Assembly (NCBI GenBank): GCA_001464355.1
Contig: LNEU01000024.1
Span: 49,063-113,062 of the forward strand
DNA: 64,000 nt
Reading direction: 5' to 3'
Source of the DNA: Burkholderiales bacterium Ga0077544
Lineage (GTDB): Bacteria > Pseudomonadota > Gammaproteobacteria > Burkholderiales > Burkholderiaceae_D
Shown: piece by piece, positions 28,839 through 38,522 of the stretch
How the letters are laid out: every line of letters starts with the position of its first letter
Numbering within the stretch: the first letter of the stretch is position 1
The notes under the pieces: generated by a model
Databases searched by the model: none
Told to the model about the DNA's origin: nothing
Seen by the model: the letters and a program-made list of their open reading frames with translations, nothing else
Position numbers and translations under genes: made by a program

Positions 28839-29162
28839 ATGATGAATATTACATTGAAAAGAATAGGGATGACGATGTTGCTGGCAAGCGCCTTGACCAG
28901 CACGACGATGGCGTTTGCTCAATCCGGCGTTCAGGGATATGCATTCGGTTACGGTACGCAAAACGATGATCGCAATCGGTCGAATCAGGAACGGCGCGGT
29001 AATAACGACAGGCGCCAATCGGCGGATCGGGGTAACGACAACAATGCGAATCGCAATGCGGAGCCATCTCGCCGCGATCCTAGATTGTCACCTGACGAGC
29101 GGCGTGCCTTGCGTCGTCAAATCGATGAGGCAGGGCGTGATATTTATGCGCCACGCCGCTAG
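28839..29162 (+). CDS. hypothetical secreted low-complexity protein
   Basis: 107 aa with a signal peptide ending AFAQS, an Asn/Arg/Asp-rich region and the C-terminal motif LSPDERRALRRQIDEAGRDIY. Confidence 0.5.
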   Translation: MMNITLKRIGMTMLLASALTSTTMAFAQSGVQGYAFGYGTQNDDRNRSNQERRGNNDRRQSADRGNDNNANRNAEPSRRDPRLSPDERRALRRQIDEAGRDIYAPRR

Positions 29163-29175
29163 AGAAAATTGGAGG

Positions 29176-29238
29176 TTTTCTGCAACTTTGCAGAAAATAT
29201 AAGCATTAAATGAGTGTTGCAGCTAATTCTATAGCTGC
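29176..29238. terminator. two hairpins between convergent genes (ORF 28839 and flgN)
   Basis: TTTTCTGCAA-ct-TTGCAGAAAA (29176-29197) and GCAGCTA-attcta-TAGCTGC (29219-29238). Confidence 0.45.
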
Positions 29239-29268
29239 GAAGGACCGGCGGTGGTGCAAGCAGGCGAA

Positions 29269-29748
29269 TCAGCCTACAACGATATGTCGTTTCACGGATT
29301 TGTTCGCCGTCTGTCCATCCGGACCATAGACCGCATTACCTTGCACATTGCCATGCTGCAGGATATTGAGTACGTTTTGATTGCGCACCATTTGTTTGTT
29401 GATCAGCGTACCGTTGATGCGGTTCAGCTCTTTCCCCACTTCCACCAACGCGATGAGCTCGTGCCAGGATTGATGCGCGGTTGCTGATGCTGCGGGCGTT
29501 TCCAGCCAGGCTTTCATGCCTGATTCATCTGCTTCAAAGCCGGCTTTTTCCAGCGCTTTGTGACGCGCGGAAGCTAATTCTGCCATTCGTAAAGCGGCTT
29601 TTGCCTTCGATTCGGTCAAGGCGGTGATAGCTTCGATATCCCCTGCGATCAACTGTTCTTGTTCCTGTTGCAACAGTTGTGTCAATGCGCTGACAGCCTT
29701 TTGTTCTTCAATCAGGCTGTCGGCAGGGTTGATATCGGATGAACTCAT
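29269..29748 (-). CDS. flgN: flagellar export chaperone FlgN
   Basis: 159 aa, helical and Gln/Glu-rich. Positioned after flgM. Resembles FlgN-family proteins. Confidence 0.85.
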   Translation of the reverse strand: MSSSDINPADSLIEEQKAVSALTQLLQQEQEQLIAGDIEAITALTESKAKAALRMAELASARHKALEKAGFEADESGMKAWLETPAASATAHQSWHELIALVEVGKELNRINGTLINKQMVRNQNVLNILQHGNVQGNAVYGPDGQTANKSVKRHIVVG

Positions 29749-29752
29749 TAAT

Positions 29753-30055
29753 TTAACCTCTACGTGCGGAGATCAGGTCTTTCACCGTATCCATCAGTCC
29801 ATCGGCAACGCGCTCGGCATTCACCTGAAACTGACCGCCGGCAATGGCTGCCTTGATCTCTTCAACTTTTTTTGTGTCAAATACGCTGGCACTGGAAACC
29901 TGGCTAGTCAACGCCTGTACTTGAGTAGACAGTGTGACATTGCTGGACGATGCCTTGTTGCTAGCACCGGCTTTTTCAGCCCCTTTGCCTGCGCGCGTCT
30001 GCGTCGTCGTGACGCCTATTGCTGCAGTTTTCTTGCTTGTGTCATCAATTTTCAC
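29753..30055 (-). CDS. flgM: anti-sigma-28 factor FlgM
   Basis: C-terminus FDTKKVEEIKAAIAGGQFQVNAERVADGLM is a FlgM hallmark. I prefer GTG 30055 (MKIDDTSKK, GGAG Shine-Dalgarno 7 nt upstream) over the ORF-track TTG at 30082. Confidence 0.85.
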   Translation of the reverse strand: MKIDDTSKKTAAIGVTTTQTRAGKGAEKAGASNKASSSNVTLSTQVQALTSQVSSASVFDTKKVEEIKAAIAGGQFQVNAERVADGLMDTVKDLISARRG

Positions 30056-30103
30056 GACATCACTCCGTTTAATTTGCGGCAAAACGCCTATCTCATGTCA
30101 GGT

Positions 30104-30130
30104 CTATCGGCGTTATCGCACTAAACTTTA
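30104..30130 (-). promoter_or_regulatory. sigma-28 (FliA) promoter of flgMN
   Basis: The minus strand reads TAAAGTTT-N11-GCCGATAG against the consensus TAAAGTTT-N11-GCCGATAA. Located about 50 nt upstream of the flgM start. Confidence 0.7.
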
Positions 30131-30175
30131 ATACTAAATGGAGTGAACGTAAAATTATGTATGGCAATTGTGTTG

Positions 30176-30895
30176 TCAATAGGTTAATTCAACTATGCCA
30201 CCCAGTTTGGCGATGCCGCTAATGACTTGGCCACCTGAAGTCCTGACCTGCGTCAGTTGACCCTCGTTCGCGTTGTTCAATGCGCGGGCTTCGCTGGATA
30301 CGCTAAAACCACTGCCGTTCAAGATGACGCGTACCGCCTGACCTTGTTGAATCGCTTGCTGGTTGCGCAATGCATCCTGGCGCAATGGTGAACCTAATCT
30401 GATGGAATTTGCGACCGTGCGACCGATCGCCTGCGACGCATCGGTGATGATCCCGGCCGGCATTGCCGTCAAATCGCCTTTGACCTTGGCAATATCAGCT
30501 TGGGTAATGGTTTGTCCCTGAGCCAGCGGTACTGAGGCCACAATATAGTCGCCATGTACCTGTACTTTGGCCGCTACGTAAATTGTCCATGGCGAGGGTA
30601 CGGTACACCGTATGCCTACCGTGGTTTTACCCCATGCCTTGCCCGATGACGGAAAGAAGACCTCGGGCGTGGCGCAGGCCGGCAATTTCATGCGCGGATC
30701 AATCGAGCCCAACGTGACCTTGACTTCACCCGGCAAACCGGATGCCTGTGTACGCAGGAACTGCTCTGCCACTTGTTTTAATGCGCCCAGATCCTGACGT
30801 GCTTCCGGTTCAGTAATCTGCGCAACGGCGGTTTGCGTCGACAGCGCGAAAGGAAAAACAAGAGCGGCGAGTGAGAAATTGAACGAGAGTTTCAT
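30176..30895 (-). CDS. flgA: flagellar basal-body P-ring formation chaperone FlgA
   Basis: 239 aa with a signal peptide and a SAF/FlgA C-terminal domain. Divergent from flgB. Confidence 0.88.
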   Translation of the reverse strand: MKLSFNFSLAALVFPFALSTQTAVAQITEPEARQDLGALKQVAEQFLRTQASGLPGEVKVTLGSIDPRMKLPACATPEVFFPSSGKAWGKTTVGIRCTVPSPWTIYVAAKVQVHGDYIVASVPLAQGQTITQADIAKVKGDLTAMPAGIITDASQAIGRTVANSIRLGSPLRQDALRNQQAIQQGQAVRVILNGSGFSVSSEARALNNANEGQLTQVRTSGGQVISGIAKLGGIVELTY

Positions 30896-31080
30896 GGCGG
30901 CCAGTGGTTGGATTGCACGATCATGGTACTGATTTAGTGTTCAGCCAAAGCCGTGAATAGCATGGATTTTTGTCTTCTTATCGTTTGATCGGCGTGACAA
31001 GGTGCTCAGTATGATCAACGCTATAGAAATCTATTACAGGCGCGGGGAAGATTCCCTGCATGCACACTTCGGAGGTCGTA

Positions 31081-31500
31081 ATGATCGGAAAACTTGATGA
31101 CATGATGCGCTTTCAGGAAACCGCCCTGAATTTGCGTGCGCAGCGCCAACAATTGCTGGCATCGAATATTGCCAATGCGGATACGCCCAACTACAAGGCG
31201 CGGGATGTGAATTTTAACCAGGCATTGCAAGGTGCGCTAGCCAAAAGTGGCAGCGGTGCCACATCGCCCAACGAGCTTGCAAAAACATCAACCACTCATC
31301 TTGCGTCGAACGCTAATAAAACGATGGGTGGTGCGCCTTTGTTGTACAGCAATACGCAGCAAGGTAATGTCGATGGTAATACGGTTGACATGGATGTGCA
31401 GCGCAATCAGTTTACCGACAATGCGATGCGCTACGAAGTCAGCGTCACGCTGGCGGCATCCAAGATCAAGGGTCTGCTCACCGCTATTCAGGGGCAATAA
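31081..31500 (+). CDS. flgB: flagellar basal-body rod protein FlgB
   Basis: [47 protein letters not shown] Shine-Dalgarno precedes ATG 31081 (the ORF track starts at 31060). Confidence 0.92.
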   Translation: MIGKLDDMMRFQETALNLRAQRQQLLASNIANADTPNYKARDVNFNQALQGALAKSGSGATSPNELAKTSTTHLASNANKTMGGAPLLYSNTQQGNVDGNTVDMDVQRNQFTDNAMRYEVSVTLAASKIKGLLTAIQGQ

Positions 31501-31502
31501 TC

Positions 31503-31907
31503 ATGTCGCTATTTAATATCTTTAATGTCGCCGGTTCGGCCATGAGCGCGCAGAGTCAGCGCCTGAATGTGGTATCCAGCAATATCGCCAATGCGGACAG
31601 TACCACCAGCGCCAACGGCCAGACCTATCGTGCCAAGCAGGTTGAATTTCAATCGGTGCCCATGTCCGGCGCGACCTCCACCGGTGTCAAAGTCAATCGT
31701 GTGGTCGAAGATGCATCACCATTAAAAATGGTGTTCGATCCCAAGCATCCGAACGCCGACGAAACCGGCCACGTCGCTATGCCTAACGTTAATGTGGTCG
31801 AGGAAATGGTCAACATGATTTCCGCATCCCGCTCGTATCAAACCAATGTCGAAACCATGAATGCGGCCAAGACTATGCTTCTTAAAACCCTGACGCTCGG
31901 TCAGTAA
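31503..31907 (+). CDS. flgC: flagellar basal-body rod protein FlgC
   Basis: 134 aa with the SNIANADS motif and a conserved C-terminus [11 protein letters not shown]. Confidence 0.95.
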   Translation: MSLFNIFNVAGSAMSAQSQRLNVVSSNIANADSTTSANGQTYRAKQVEFQSVPMSGATSTGVKVNRVVEDASPLKMVFDPKHPNADETGHVAMPNVNVVEEMVNMISASRSYQTNVETMNAAKTMLLKTLTLGQ

Positions 31908-31925
31908 ATAATAAAAGGAATAATC

Positions 31926-32597
31926 ATGGCCGCTATTACTAATACTTTGCCGCAGTCAGTACTCGATGCGATGAATCCAAAGGCAGCTACCTCGGCATCG
32001 ACCGCAGCGGAAGCGCAGGATCGTTTTTTGACACTGCTCGTTACGCAGATGAAAAACCAGGACCCTCTGAATCCTATGGATAACGCACAGGTCACCAGCC
32101 AACTGGCGCAATTGTCGACCGTTACCGGTATCGATAAATTGAACAGCACGGTTGAATCGCTGATGGGCAGTTATCAAAACAGTCAAACGCTGCAAGCAGC
32201 ATCGCTGATCGGCACCGGTGTACTTGCACCAGGCAACAAAACTGGCTTGTCTGAAAAGCAGGCGTTGATGGGTGTTGAGTTTCCATCCGACGTCGACAGT
32301 GCGACCATCACGATCAAGGACGAAAAGGGTAATGTGGTGAAAACGATAGACTTGCCGGCACAAACCGCAGGCTCCAAACCGATCATTTGGGATGGCAAGA
32401 AAGCTGATGGTACCGACGCTGCCGATGGCACCTACTCATTCGAAGTAAGCGCCACTCTCGCAGGCAAGCCTGTCGAAACCACCGAACTTCAATTCGGCAT
32501 GGTAGCCACGGTAACTACTGCGGCGGGTCAAGCTGTCAAGCTCAATGTGCCGGGCTTGGGCGAGCTCGAATTATCTGATATTCGCCAGTATCTTTAA
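31926..32597 (+). CDS. flgD: flagellar hook assembly (capping) protein FlgD
   Basis: 223 aa with FLTLLVTQMKNQDPLNPMD, the FlgD signature. Confidence 0.93.
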   Translation: MAAITNTLPQSVLDAMNPKAATSASTAAEAQDRFLTLLVTQMKNQDPLNPMDNAQVTSQLAQLSTVTGIDKLNSTVESLMGSYQNSQTLQAASLIGTGVLAPGNKTGLSEKQALMGVEFPSDVDSATITIKDEKGNVVKTIDLPAQTAGSKPIIWDGKKADGTDAADGTYSFEVSATLAGKPVETTELQFGMVATVTTAAGQAVKLNVPGLGELELSDIRQYL

Positions 32598-32646
32598 TGT
32601 TGCGCAATCCTATTAAATTAAGCCTTCACTGCCAGGAGAAATAGAC

Positions 32647-33900
32647 ATGAGTTTCCAACAAGGTTTGAGCGGATTGAATGCCGCAACTAAAAGTCTCGAA
32701 GCAATCGGTAATAACGTCGCCAATGCGGGCACCGTCGGTTTCAAGCAATCACAGGTTCAGTTTTCCGATGTCTACGCTAACTCGCTGGTTGGTTCCGGTG
32801 GCGGCGCGCAGATCGGTATCGGTACTCAGGTATCGCGCGTTGCTCAGCAATTCTCACAAGGTAACGTGACTGCTTCCAATAATCCGCTTGATATGGCGAT
32901 TAACGGCGGCGGTTTTTTCCGCATGAGTGATAACGGTGCAATCACCTATTCACGTAACGGTCAGTTCATCCTGAGCAAGGAAGGCTATATCGAAAGTGCG
33001 TCAGGTCAACGCTTGACCGGTTACCTGGCAGATGCAAACGGCACTGTAGCTATCGGCGCCCCGTCTGAATTGCGGATAGACAAGGCCGATCTGGCACCTG
33101 CGGCTACAACAAACTATGAATTGAAACTGACACTGGATTCACGCAAGGCAATTCAGCCAGCGGCTAGTTTTGATCCTACTGATCCGACCACCTTCGCAGA
33201 TTCGACTTCGGTGCCTGTCTATGACAGCCTCGGTAACTCGCACACATTGCGTACTTTTTATGTGAAGACAGCGAGCGGTGCGACGGGTGCTACATGGACC
33301 GTTTTTGCGACTAATGATGATGTGGCTATCGGTTATGTTCCTCCTGCAGCGCCAGTGCCGCTTGGCACGATGGATTTCAATAATGGTGGCGTGCTGACTG
33401 GTACGACGCCATCGCCTCTGGTCGCGGCCATGGCCGTAACTACCGGCGCGGCAACACCTTTTAATATTTCGATCGATAGCACGGGAACGCAGCAATTCGC
33501 ACAAGATTTTGGTGTCGCTAAACAGTTACCTGATGGCTATCAGGCTGGCACATTGACAGGCTTTAGTGTGTCGACTAATGGTGAGATCGTCGGCCGTTAC
33601 ACAAATGGCCAAGTCAATATTCTTGGTCAAGTCATTTTGTCTTCTTTCGCCAATCCTAATGGTTTGCAAAATATCGGTGACAACCAATGGGTGGAAACCG
33701 CTGAATCCGGCGTACCGCTGACCAGCACACCGGGTAGCAGCGGCTTGGGTGCAGTACAGTCGTCGCGCGTTGAAGACTCAAACGTCGATTTGACGGCTGA
33801 GTTGGTCAACATGATTACTGCACAGCGTTATTACCAGGCAAATGCGCAGACGATCAAAACGCAGGATCAGATTCTGCAAACGCTAGTGAACTTGCGTTAA
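32647..33900 (+). CDS. flgE: flagellar hook protein FlgE
   Basis: 417 aa with the MSFQQGLSGLNA N-terminus and the conserved C-terminal MITAQRYYQANAQTIKTQDQ. Confidence 0.95.
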   Translation: MSFQQGLSGLNAATKSLEAIGNNVANAGTVGFKQSQVQFSDVYANSLVGSGGGAQIGIGTQVSRVAQQFSQGNVTASNNPLDMAINGGGFFRMSDNGAITYSRNGQFILSKEGYIESASGQRLTGYLADANGTVAIGAPSELRIDKADLAPAATTNYELKLTLDSRKAIQPAASFDPTDPTTFADSTSVPVYDSLGNSHTLRTFYVKTASGATGATWTVFATNDDVAIGYVPPAAPVPLGTMDFNNGGVLTGTTPSPLVAAMAVTTGAATPFNISIDSTGTQQFAQDFGVAKQLPDGYQAGTLTGFSVSTNGEIVGRYTNGQVNILGQVILSSFANPNGLQNIGDNQWVETAESGVPLTSTPGSSGLGAVQSSRVEDSNVDLTAELVNMITAQRYYQANAQTIKTQDQILQTLVNLR

Positions 33901-33993
33901 GGCTCTGGGTTAAGCCGAGCCTAGGTTCAGTTAGTGATGTTAGTCGCATCGGCCGCTTTAAAAAGCTGATGCGCCTGATCACAGGAGAATGAG

Positions 33994-34734
33994 ATGGATA
34001 GACTGATTTATACCGCGATGTCGGGCGCCAAGCAGATCCTGGAACAGCAGGCGACAGTGTCCAACAATCTGGCCAACGTTTCGACGAATGGCTTTCGTGC
34101 GCAACTGGATACCTTCCGTGCAGTGCCGGTGGTCAGTGATGGCTTGCCGACACGCACCTTTGTTGTGGACTCTACAGTCGGCAGCGATTTTCGCGTCGGT
34201 CCCTTGCAGCAGACCGGCCGTTCGCTGGATGTGGCGCTGGAAGGTCAGGGCTGGCTGGCGGTAGAGCGTGCAGATGGCACTGAAGGTTACACGCGCAGCG
34301 GCAGTTTGAAGATCAATGAAAACGGCGTGCTGCAGACACAAAGCGGTTTGAATGTGTTGAGCGATGCCGGACCCATCACGATTCCGCCTGACATCGTGCT
34401 GTCGATTGCAAAAGACGGCACGATTTCTACTGTCGAAGCAGGCTCTAAACCGGGCGTTTCGATACAGTTGGCAAGAATGAAGCTGGTTAATCCGGAACAG
34501 GCAAATCTGGTGCGGGGCGACGATGGTTTGTTTGTAACCAAGGATGGCGAACCGGCTGAAGTCGATGCAAACGTCACCGTTGCCGCCGGCTACGTCGAGA
34601 GTAGTAACGTCAATGCCGTCGATGCCATGGTCAACATGATCAGTCTGGCCAGGCAGTTTGAGCTTCATATGAATATGTTGAAGCATGCAGAGAGTAACGC
34701 TGCGAAAGCTACTGAATTTCTCGCTTTGAATTAA
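33994..34734 (+). CDS. flgF: flagellar basal-body rod protein FlgF
   Basis: 246 aa with the MDRLIYTAMSGAKQ N-terminus and a rod-protein C-terminal motif. Confidence 0.93.
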   Translation: MDRLIYTAMSGAKQILEQQATVSNNLANVSTNGFRAQLDTFRAVPVVSDGLPTRTFVVDSTVGSDFRVGPLQQTGRSLDVALEGQGWLAVERADGTEGYTRSGSLKINENGVLQTQSGLNVLSDAGPITIPPDIVLSIAKDGTISTVEAGSKPGVSIQLARMKLVNPEQANLVRGDDGLFVTKDGEPAEVDANVTVAAGYVESSNVNAVDAMVNMISLARQFELHMNMLKHAESNAAKATEFLALN

Positions 34735-34802
34735 TGCTGCTACGCGCAAAATGAGAATGGACGCAAAGTCTGTTTCAGTTTGTCGAAATATTGGAGAAAA
34801 AA

Positions 34803-35585
34803 ATGATTCGTTCCTTATGGATTTCTAAAACTGGTCTGGATGCGCAACAAACGCAGATGGACGTCATTTCCAATAACTTGGCAAACGTCAGCACTACCGG
34901 TTTCAAGCGCACGCGCGCGGTGTTTGAAGACTTGTTGTATCAGACGATACGCCAGCCAGGTGCAGCCTCATCGCAACAAACCAATTTGCCATCAGGTTTG
35001 CAATTGGGTACGGGTGTACGTCCGGTCGCGACTGAACGAATTCATACCCAAGGTAACTTGCAATTGACCGGCAACTCAAAAGACGTTGCGATCAATGGCG
35101 CAGGCTTCTTTCAGGTATTGCTGCCGGACGGCACAACCGCATATACACGTGATGGTTCATTCCAAACGGACGATCAGGGCCAACTGGTTACTTCCAGCGG
35201 TTTCCCTATTCAACCGGCGATCACGATCCCGATTGATGCGACAGGTTTGACTGTGAGTCGTGACGGCATTGTGTCCGTCAAGTTGGCAGGGGCAGTAGCG
35301 GCAACGGAAGTTGGTAACCTGCAATTGGCAACCTTCATCAATCCGGCTGGTCTGGAAAGCAAGGGCGAAAATCTGTATGTGGAAACCGGGGCATCCGGCA
35401 ATGCCAATGCCAATACGCCAGGTACCAATGGCGCCGGCATCATGGTTCAAAACTATACGGAAACATCGAACGTCAATGTGGTGGAAGAGCTGGTCAACAT
35501 GATCCAGACTCAGCGCGCTTATGAAATCAACAGCAAGGCGATTACGACCTCGGACCAAATGCTGCAGCGCCTGACGCAGATGTAA
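34803..35585 (+). CDS. flgG: flagellar distal rod protein FlgG
   Basis: [39 protein letters not shown] Shine-Dalgarno precedes ATG 34803. Confidence 0.95.
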   Translation: MIRSLWISKTGLDAQQTQMDVISNNLANVSTTGFKRTRAVFEDLLYQTIRQPGAASSQQTNLPSGLQLGTGVRPVATERIHTQGNLQLTGNSKDVAINGAGFFQVLLPDGTTAYTRDGSFQTDDQGQLVTSSGFPIQPAITIPIDATGLTVSRDGIVSVKLAGAVAATEVGNLQLATFINPAGLESKGENLYVETGASGNANANTPGTNGAGIMVQNYTETSNVNVVEELVNMIQTQRAYEINSKAITTSDQMLQRLTQM

Positions 35586-35627
35586 GCGAGTTAGGCAACA
35601 AGGGTAAAACGAGGTAAAGGATTTGTG

Positions 35628-36296
35628 ATGAGAAATTATTTTGTAATGATGGTTGCCGCCAGTGCGCTACTCGCAGGTTGCGCAGTCATGCCGGAAACGA
35701 TCGTGCAGACGCCGTTGACAGCGCGCCCGCAGGCTTCTAATGCGATTGCGCCGCCCGCCAATGGCGCAATTTTTCAAAGTGCTGCTTACCGCCCGATGTT
35801 CGAGGACAGGCGTGCGCGTTTGATCGGCGACACCATTACCATCATCATTAATGAAAAGAGTTCTGCGGGCAAGCTGGCTGGCAGCTCAGCCAGCAAAGCC
35901 GGATCGGTTGCAGCAGGTGTTCCAAATATCTTCGGCTTGTTCAGTTCTATAACAGGACGTCTGAATGCGAGCGCATCGAATGCGCTTAAATATGAAGACA
36001 AAGGTGCTGTCACTTCCAGTAATAACTTCATCAGTACCTTGACCGTAACCGTGATTGACGTGCTATCCAACGGCAATCTGATTGTCGCGGGCGAGAAGCA
36101 GGTGTCCCTGGACAAGGGTTCCGAGTTCATTCGTTTTTCAGGCGTGGTGGATCCAAGCACTGTCAATTCCGGCAATATCGTTTCATCGACGCAAGTCGCC
36201 GATGCAAAAATCGAATATCGCACTAACAGCACTGTAGACGGCGCCGAGGTAGCATCGATGTTGGCACGCTTCTTCCTCAGTGTACTGCCTCTCTGA
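35628..36296 (+). CDS. flgH: flagellar L-ring lipoprotein FlgH
   Basis: Lipobox LLAGC. Conserved GDTITIIINEKSSA and SGNLIVAGEKQV segments. Confidence 0.93.
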   Translation: MRNYFVMMVAASALLAGCAVMPETIVQTPLTARPQASNAIAPPANGAIFQSAAYRPMFEDRRARLIGDTITIIINEKSSAGKLAGSSASKAGSVAAGVPNIFGLFSSITGRLNASASNALKYEDKGAVTSSNNFISTLTVTVIDVLSNGNLIVAGEKQVSLDKGSEFIRFSGVVDPSTVNSGNIVSSTQVADAKIEYRTNSTVDGAEVASMLARFFLSVLPL

Positions 36297-36324
36297 TCCT
36301 GTCATGGGGCAACAAGGAATACAC

Positions 36325-37470
36325 ATGAAAATCGCAATCAGTACATCAACAATTACGCCGTCTGTTTTGAAAAAAACACTGCAGATACTTGCCTGTTCGG
36401 CGTGTCTGTTGTTGCCATTGACGTCGCAAGCAGAACGTCTGAAAGATCTGACCAGCGTGCAAGGTGTGCGACAGAATCAACTGCTGGGTTACGGTCTGGT
36501 GGTCGGTCTGGATGGTAGTGGTGATCAAACGACGCAAACGCCATTTACCGTGCAAAGCATCGTGAGCATGTTGCAACAGATGGGTGTCAATCTGCCGCAA
36601 GGTACCAACCTGCAGCTAAAGAACGTTGCGGCTGTTATGGTGACTTCCTCCCTTCCGGCATTTGCTCAGCCAGGTCAAACCCTGGATATCACGGTTTCAT
36701 CCATGGGTAATGCAAAAAGCATCCGTGGCGGTACCTTGTTGATGACGCCACTCAAAGGCGCGGATGGTCAGATTTACGCTATGGCGCAAGGCAATATCGT
36801 GGTGGGTGGTGTCGGTGCAGCAGCCAATGGCAGCAAGGCGCAGATCAATCATTTGAGCGTGGGTCGGATTTCCGCAGGAGCGACAGTTGAGCGCACGGTA
36901 GCAACTGCATTGGGGCAGGGTGACGTTGTTTATCTTGAATTGAAGGAAAGCGATTTTTCTACCGCTAGTCGTGTGGCCGATGCCGTCAATGCACGTTTTG
37001 GCCCGCAGACCGCTTCAGCACAGGATGGTCGTGTGATTCGCGTCAACGCGCCTACGGATAACAATGCACGCGTGGCTTTTCTTGGCGCGTTGGAAAGTAT
37101 CAATGTCACGCCAGCGCAGGTGAGTGCAAAAGTCATCATGAATGCACGCACTGGTTCAGTCGTCATGAATCAGGCGGTGACGCTGGATACCTGTGCGGTA
37201 TCGCATGGCAACCTGTCCGTGGTAATCAATACGCAACCTGTGATTAGCCAGCCGGCACCGCTTTCCGGTGGACAAACGGTGGTGGCGCAACAATCGCAAA
37301 TCGAAATCAGCAAGGATCCAGGCAAGGTTATCTTGTTAAAAAATTCCGCCTCACTGGCCGAAGTAGTCAAGGCATTGAATTCGATAGGTGCAACGCCGCA
37401 GGATTTGCTGGCGATTTTGCAGGCGATGAAAGCCTCCGGTTCGCTGCGCGCAGAATTGGAAATCATCTAA
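36325..37470 (+). CDS. flgI: flagellar P-ring protein FlgI
   Basis: Start placed at MKIAISTS.. with a signal peptide. RLKDLTSVQGVRQNQLLGYGLVVGLDGSGD is the FlgI signature. Confidence 0.95.
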   Translation: MKIAISTSTITPSVLKKTLQILACSACLLLPLTSQAERLKDLTSVQGVRQNQLLGYGLVVGLDGSGDQTTQTPFTVQSIVSMLQQMGVNLPQGTNLQLKNVAAVMVTSSLPAFAQPGQTLDITVSSMGNAKSIRGGTLLMTPLKGADGQIYAMAQGNIVVGGVGAAANGSKAQINHLSVGRISAGATVERTVATALGQGDVVYLELKESDFSTASRVADAVNARFGPQTASAQDGRVIRVNAPTDNNARVAFLGALESINVTPAQVSAKVIMNARTGSVVMNQAVTLDTCAVSHGNLSVVINTQPVISQPAPLSGGQTVVAQQSQIEISKDPGKVILLKNSASLAEVVKALNSIGATPQDLLAILQAMKASGSLRAELEII

Positions 37471-37477
37471 TTTTCAC

Positions 37478-38407
37478 ATGATTACGCCCGCTGACAATTC
37501 GAACAATAGCCTGGCGATCGATGCCAAGGGCATCGAGTCGCTGAAGCAATCGGCGCGCCAGAATTCGCCTGAATCAATCAAGGCAGCTGCCAAGCAATTC
37601 GAGGCGCTCTTCATGAACATGATCATGAAAAGCATGCGCGATGCGACGCCACAGGAAGGCGTGTTCGACAACCAGCAAACCAAGATGTACACATCTATGC
37701 TGGATCAACAGTTGAGCCAGAACATGGCAAGCCGCGGTGTAGGTTTGGCCGATGTCTTGATACGGCAACTGTCGGGCAATCAAATGAATGCAGCAGTGGC
37801 TAGTGAAAACGCAGCTACACAAAATAGTGGCGCAGATGACCTGAGCTCGAGTTTGAAAACAGACTTGCTGCGTTCGCTATCCGAGCGCGCGGTGCGTGCG
37901 CCGCAACCGACACCGTCTGACCAGCCGGTCGCCGCCACAGACAAGCCGAAGCATGTACAGGTATTCCAGGACAAGCTCACCGCACATGCGGAAGAGGCGA
38001 GCAAGACAACCGGTATTCCAGCCAAATTCATGCTGGGCCAGGCTGCGCTGGAAAGCGGTTGGGGCAAGCATGTTATACGTAATGCAGACGGCGGCACCAG
38101 CCACAATCTGTTCGGTATCAAGGCGACAGGCGGCTGGAAGGGCAAGACTGTGGATGCAGTTACGACCGAGTACATCAATGGCGTGCCGCAAAAACGTGTG
38201 GAAAAATTCCGCGCCTATGATTCTTACGCAGATTCATTCCGTGATTACGCCAAATTGTTGCGTGACAATCCGCGTTACGAAAAAGTGTTGGCAAACGCCA
38301 CGGATGTAAAAGGCTTTGCACAAGGCTTGCAAAAGGCTGGCTACGCGACGGATCCCAAGTACGCAGAGAAGTTGACCAATCTCATCAATCGAAATCTTTC
38401 AGTCTGA
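37478..38407 (+). CDS. flgJ: flagellar rod-assembly protein / peptidoglycan hydrolase FlgJ
   Basis: 309 aa with an N-terminal rod-binding domain (AAKQFEALFMNMIMKSMR) and a C-terminal glucosaminidase domain (LGQAALESGWGK). Confidence 0.92.
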   Translation: MITPADNSNNSLAIDAKGIESLKQSARQNSPESIKAAAKQFEALFMNMIMKSMRDATPQEGVFDNQQTKMYTSMLDQQLSQNMASRGVGLADVLIRQLSGNQMNAAVASENAATQNSGADDLSSSLKTDLLRSLSERAVRAPQPTPSDQPVAATDKPKHVQVFQDKLTAHAEEASKTTGIPAKFMLGQAALESGWGKHVIRNADGGTSHNLFGIKATGGWKGKTVDAVTTEYINGVPQKRVEKFRAYDSYADSFRDYAKLLRDNPRYEKVLANATDVKGFAQGLQKAGYATDPKYAEKLTNLINRNLSV

Positions 38408-38466
38408 TCATACTCATTCATGTAACTCTAATAGTTATGCAAGTTACAAGACTATAAATGAGGGGC

Positions 38467-38493
38467 TCAAGTTTTCCATCGATGTGCCGTACA
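38467..38493 (+). promoter_or_regulatory. sigma-28 (FliA) promoter of flgKL
   Basis: TCAAGTTT-N11-GCCGTACA against TAAAGTTT-N11-GCCGATAA. Located 30 nt upstream of the flgK ATG. A class-3 flgK promoter is known in Salmonella. Confidence 0.6.
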
Positions 38494-38522
38494 CAACGAT
38501 ATAGCGTTCAAAGAAATAGACC

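Noticed and set aside
33979-34749. 256-aa ORF on the minus strand, exactly opposite flgF
   Set aside because: It is the mirror frame of a confidently identified gene. The product is Arg/His/Cys-rich with no family resemblance, which is the typical shadow ORF of moderately GC-rich coding DNA.
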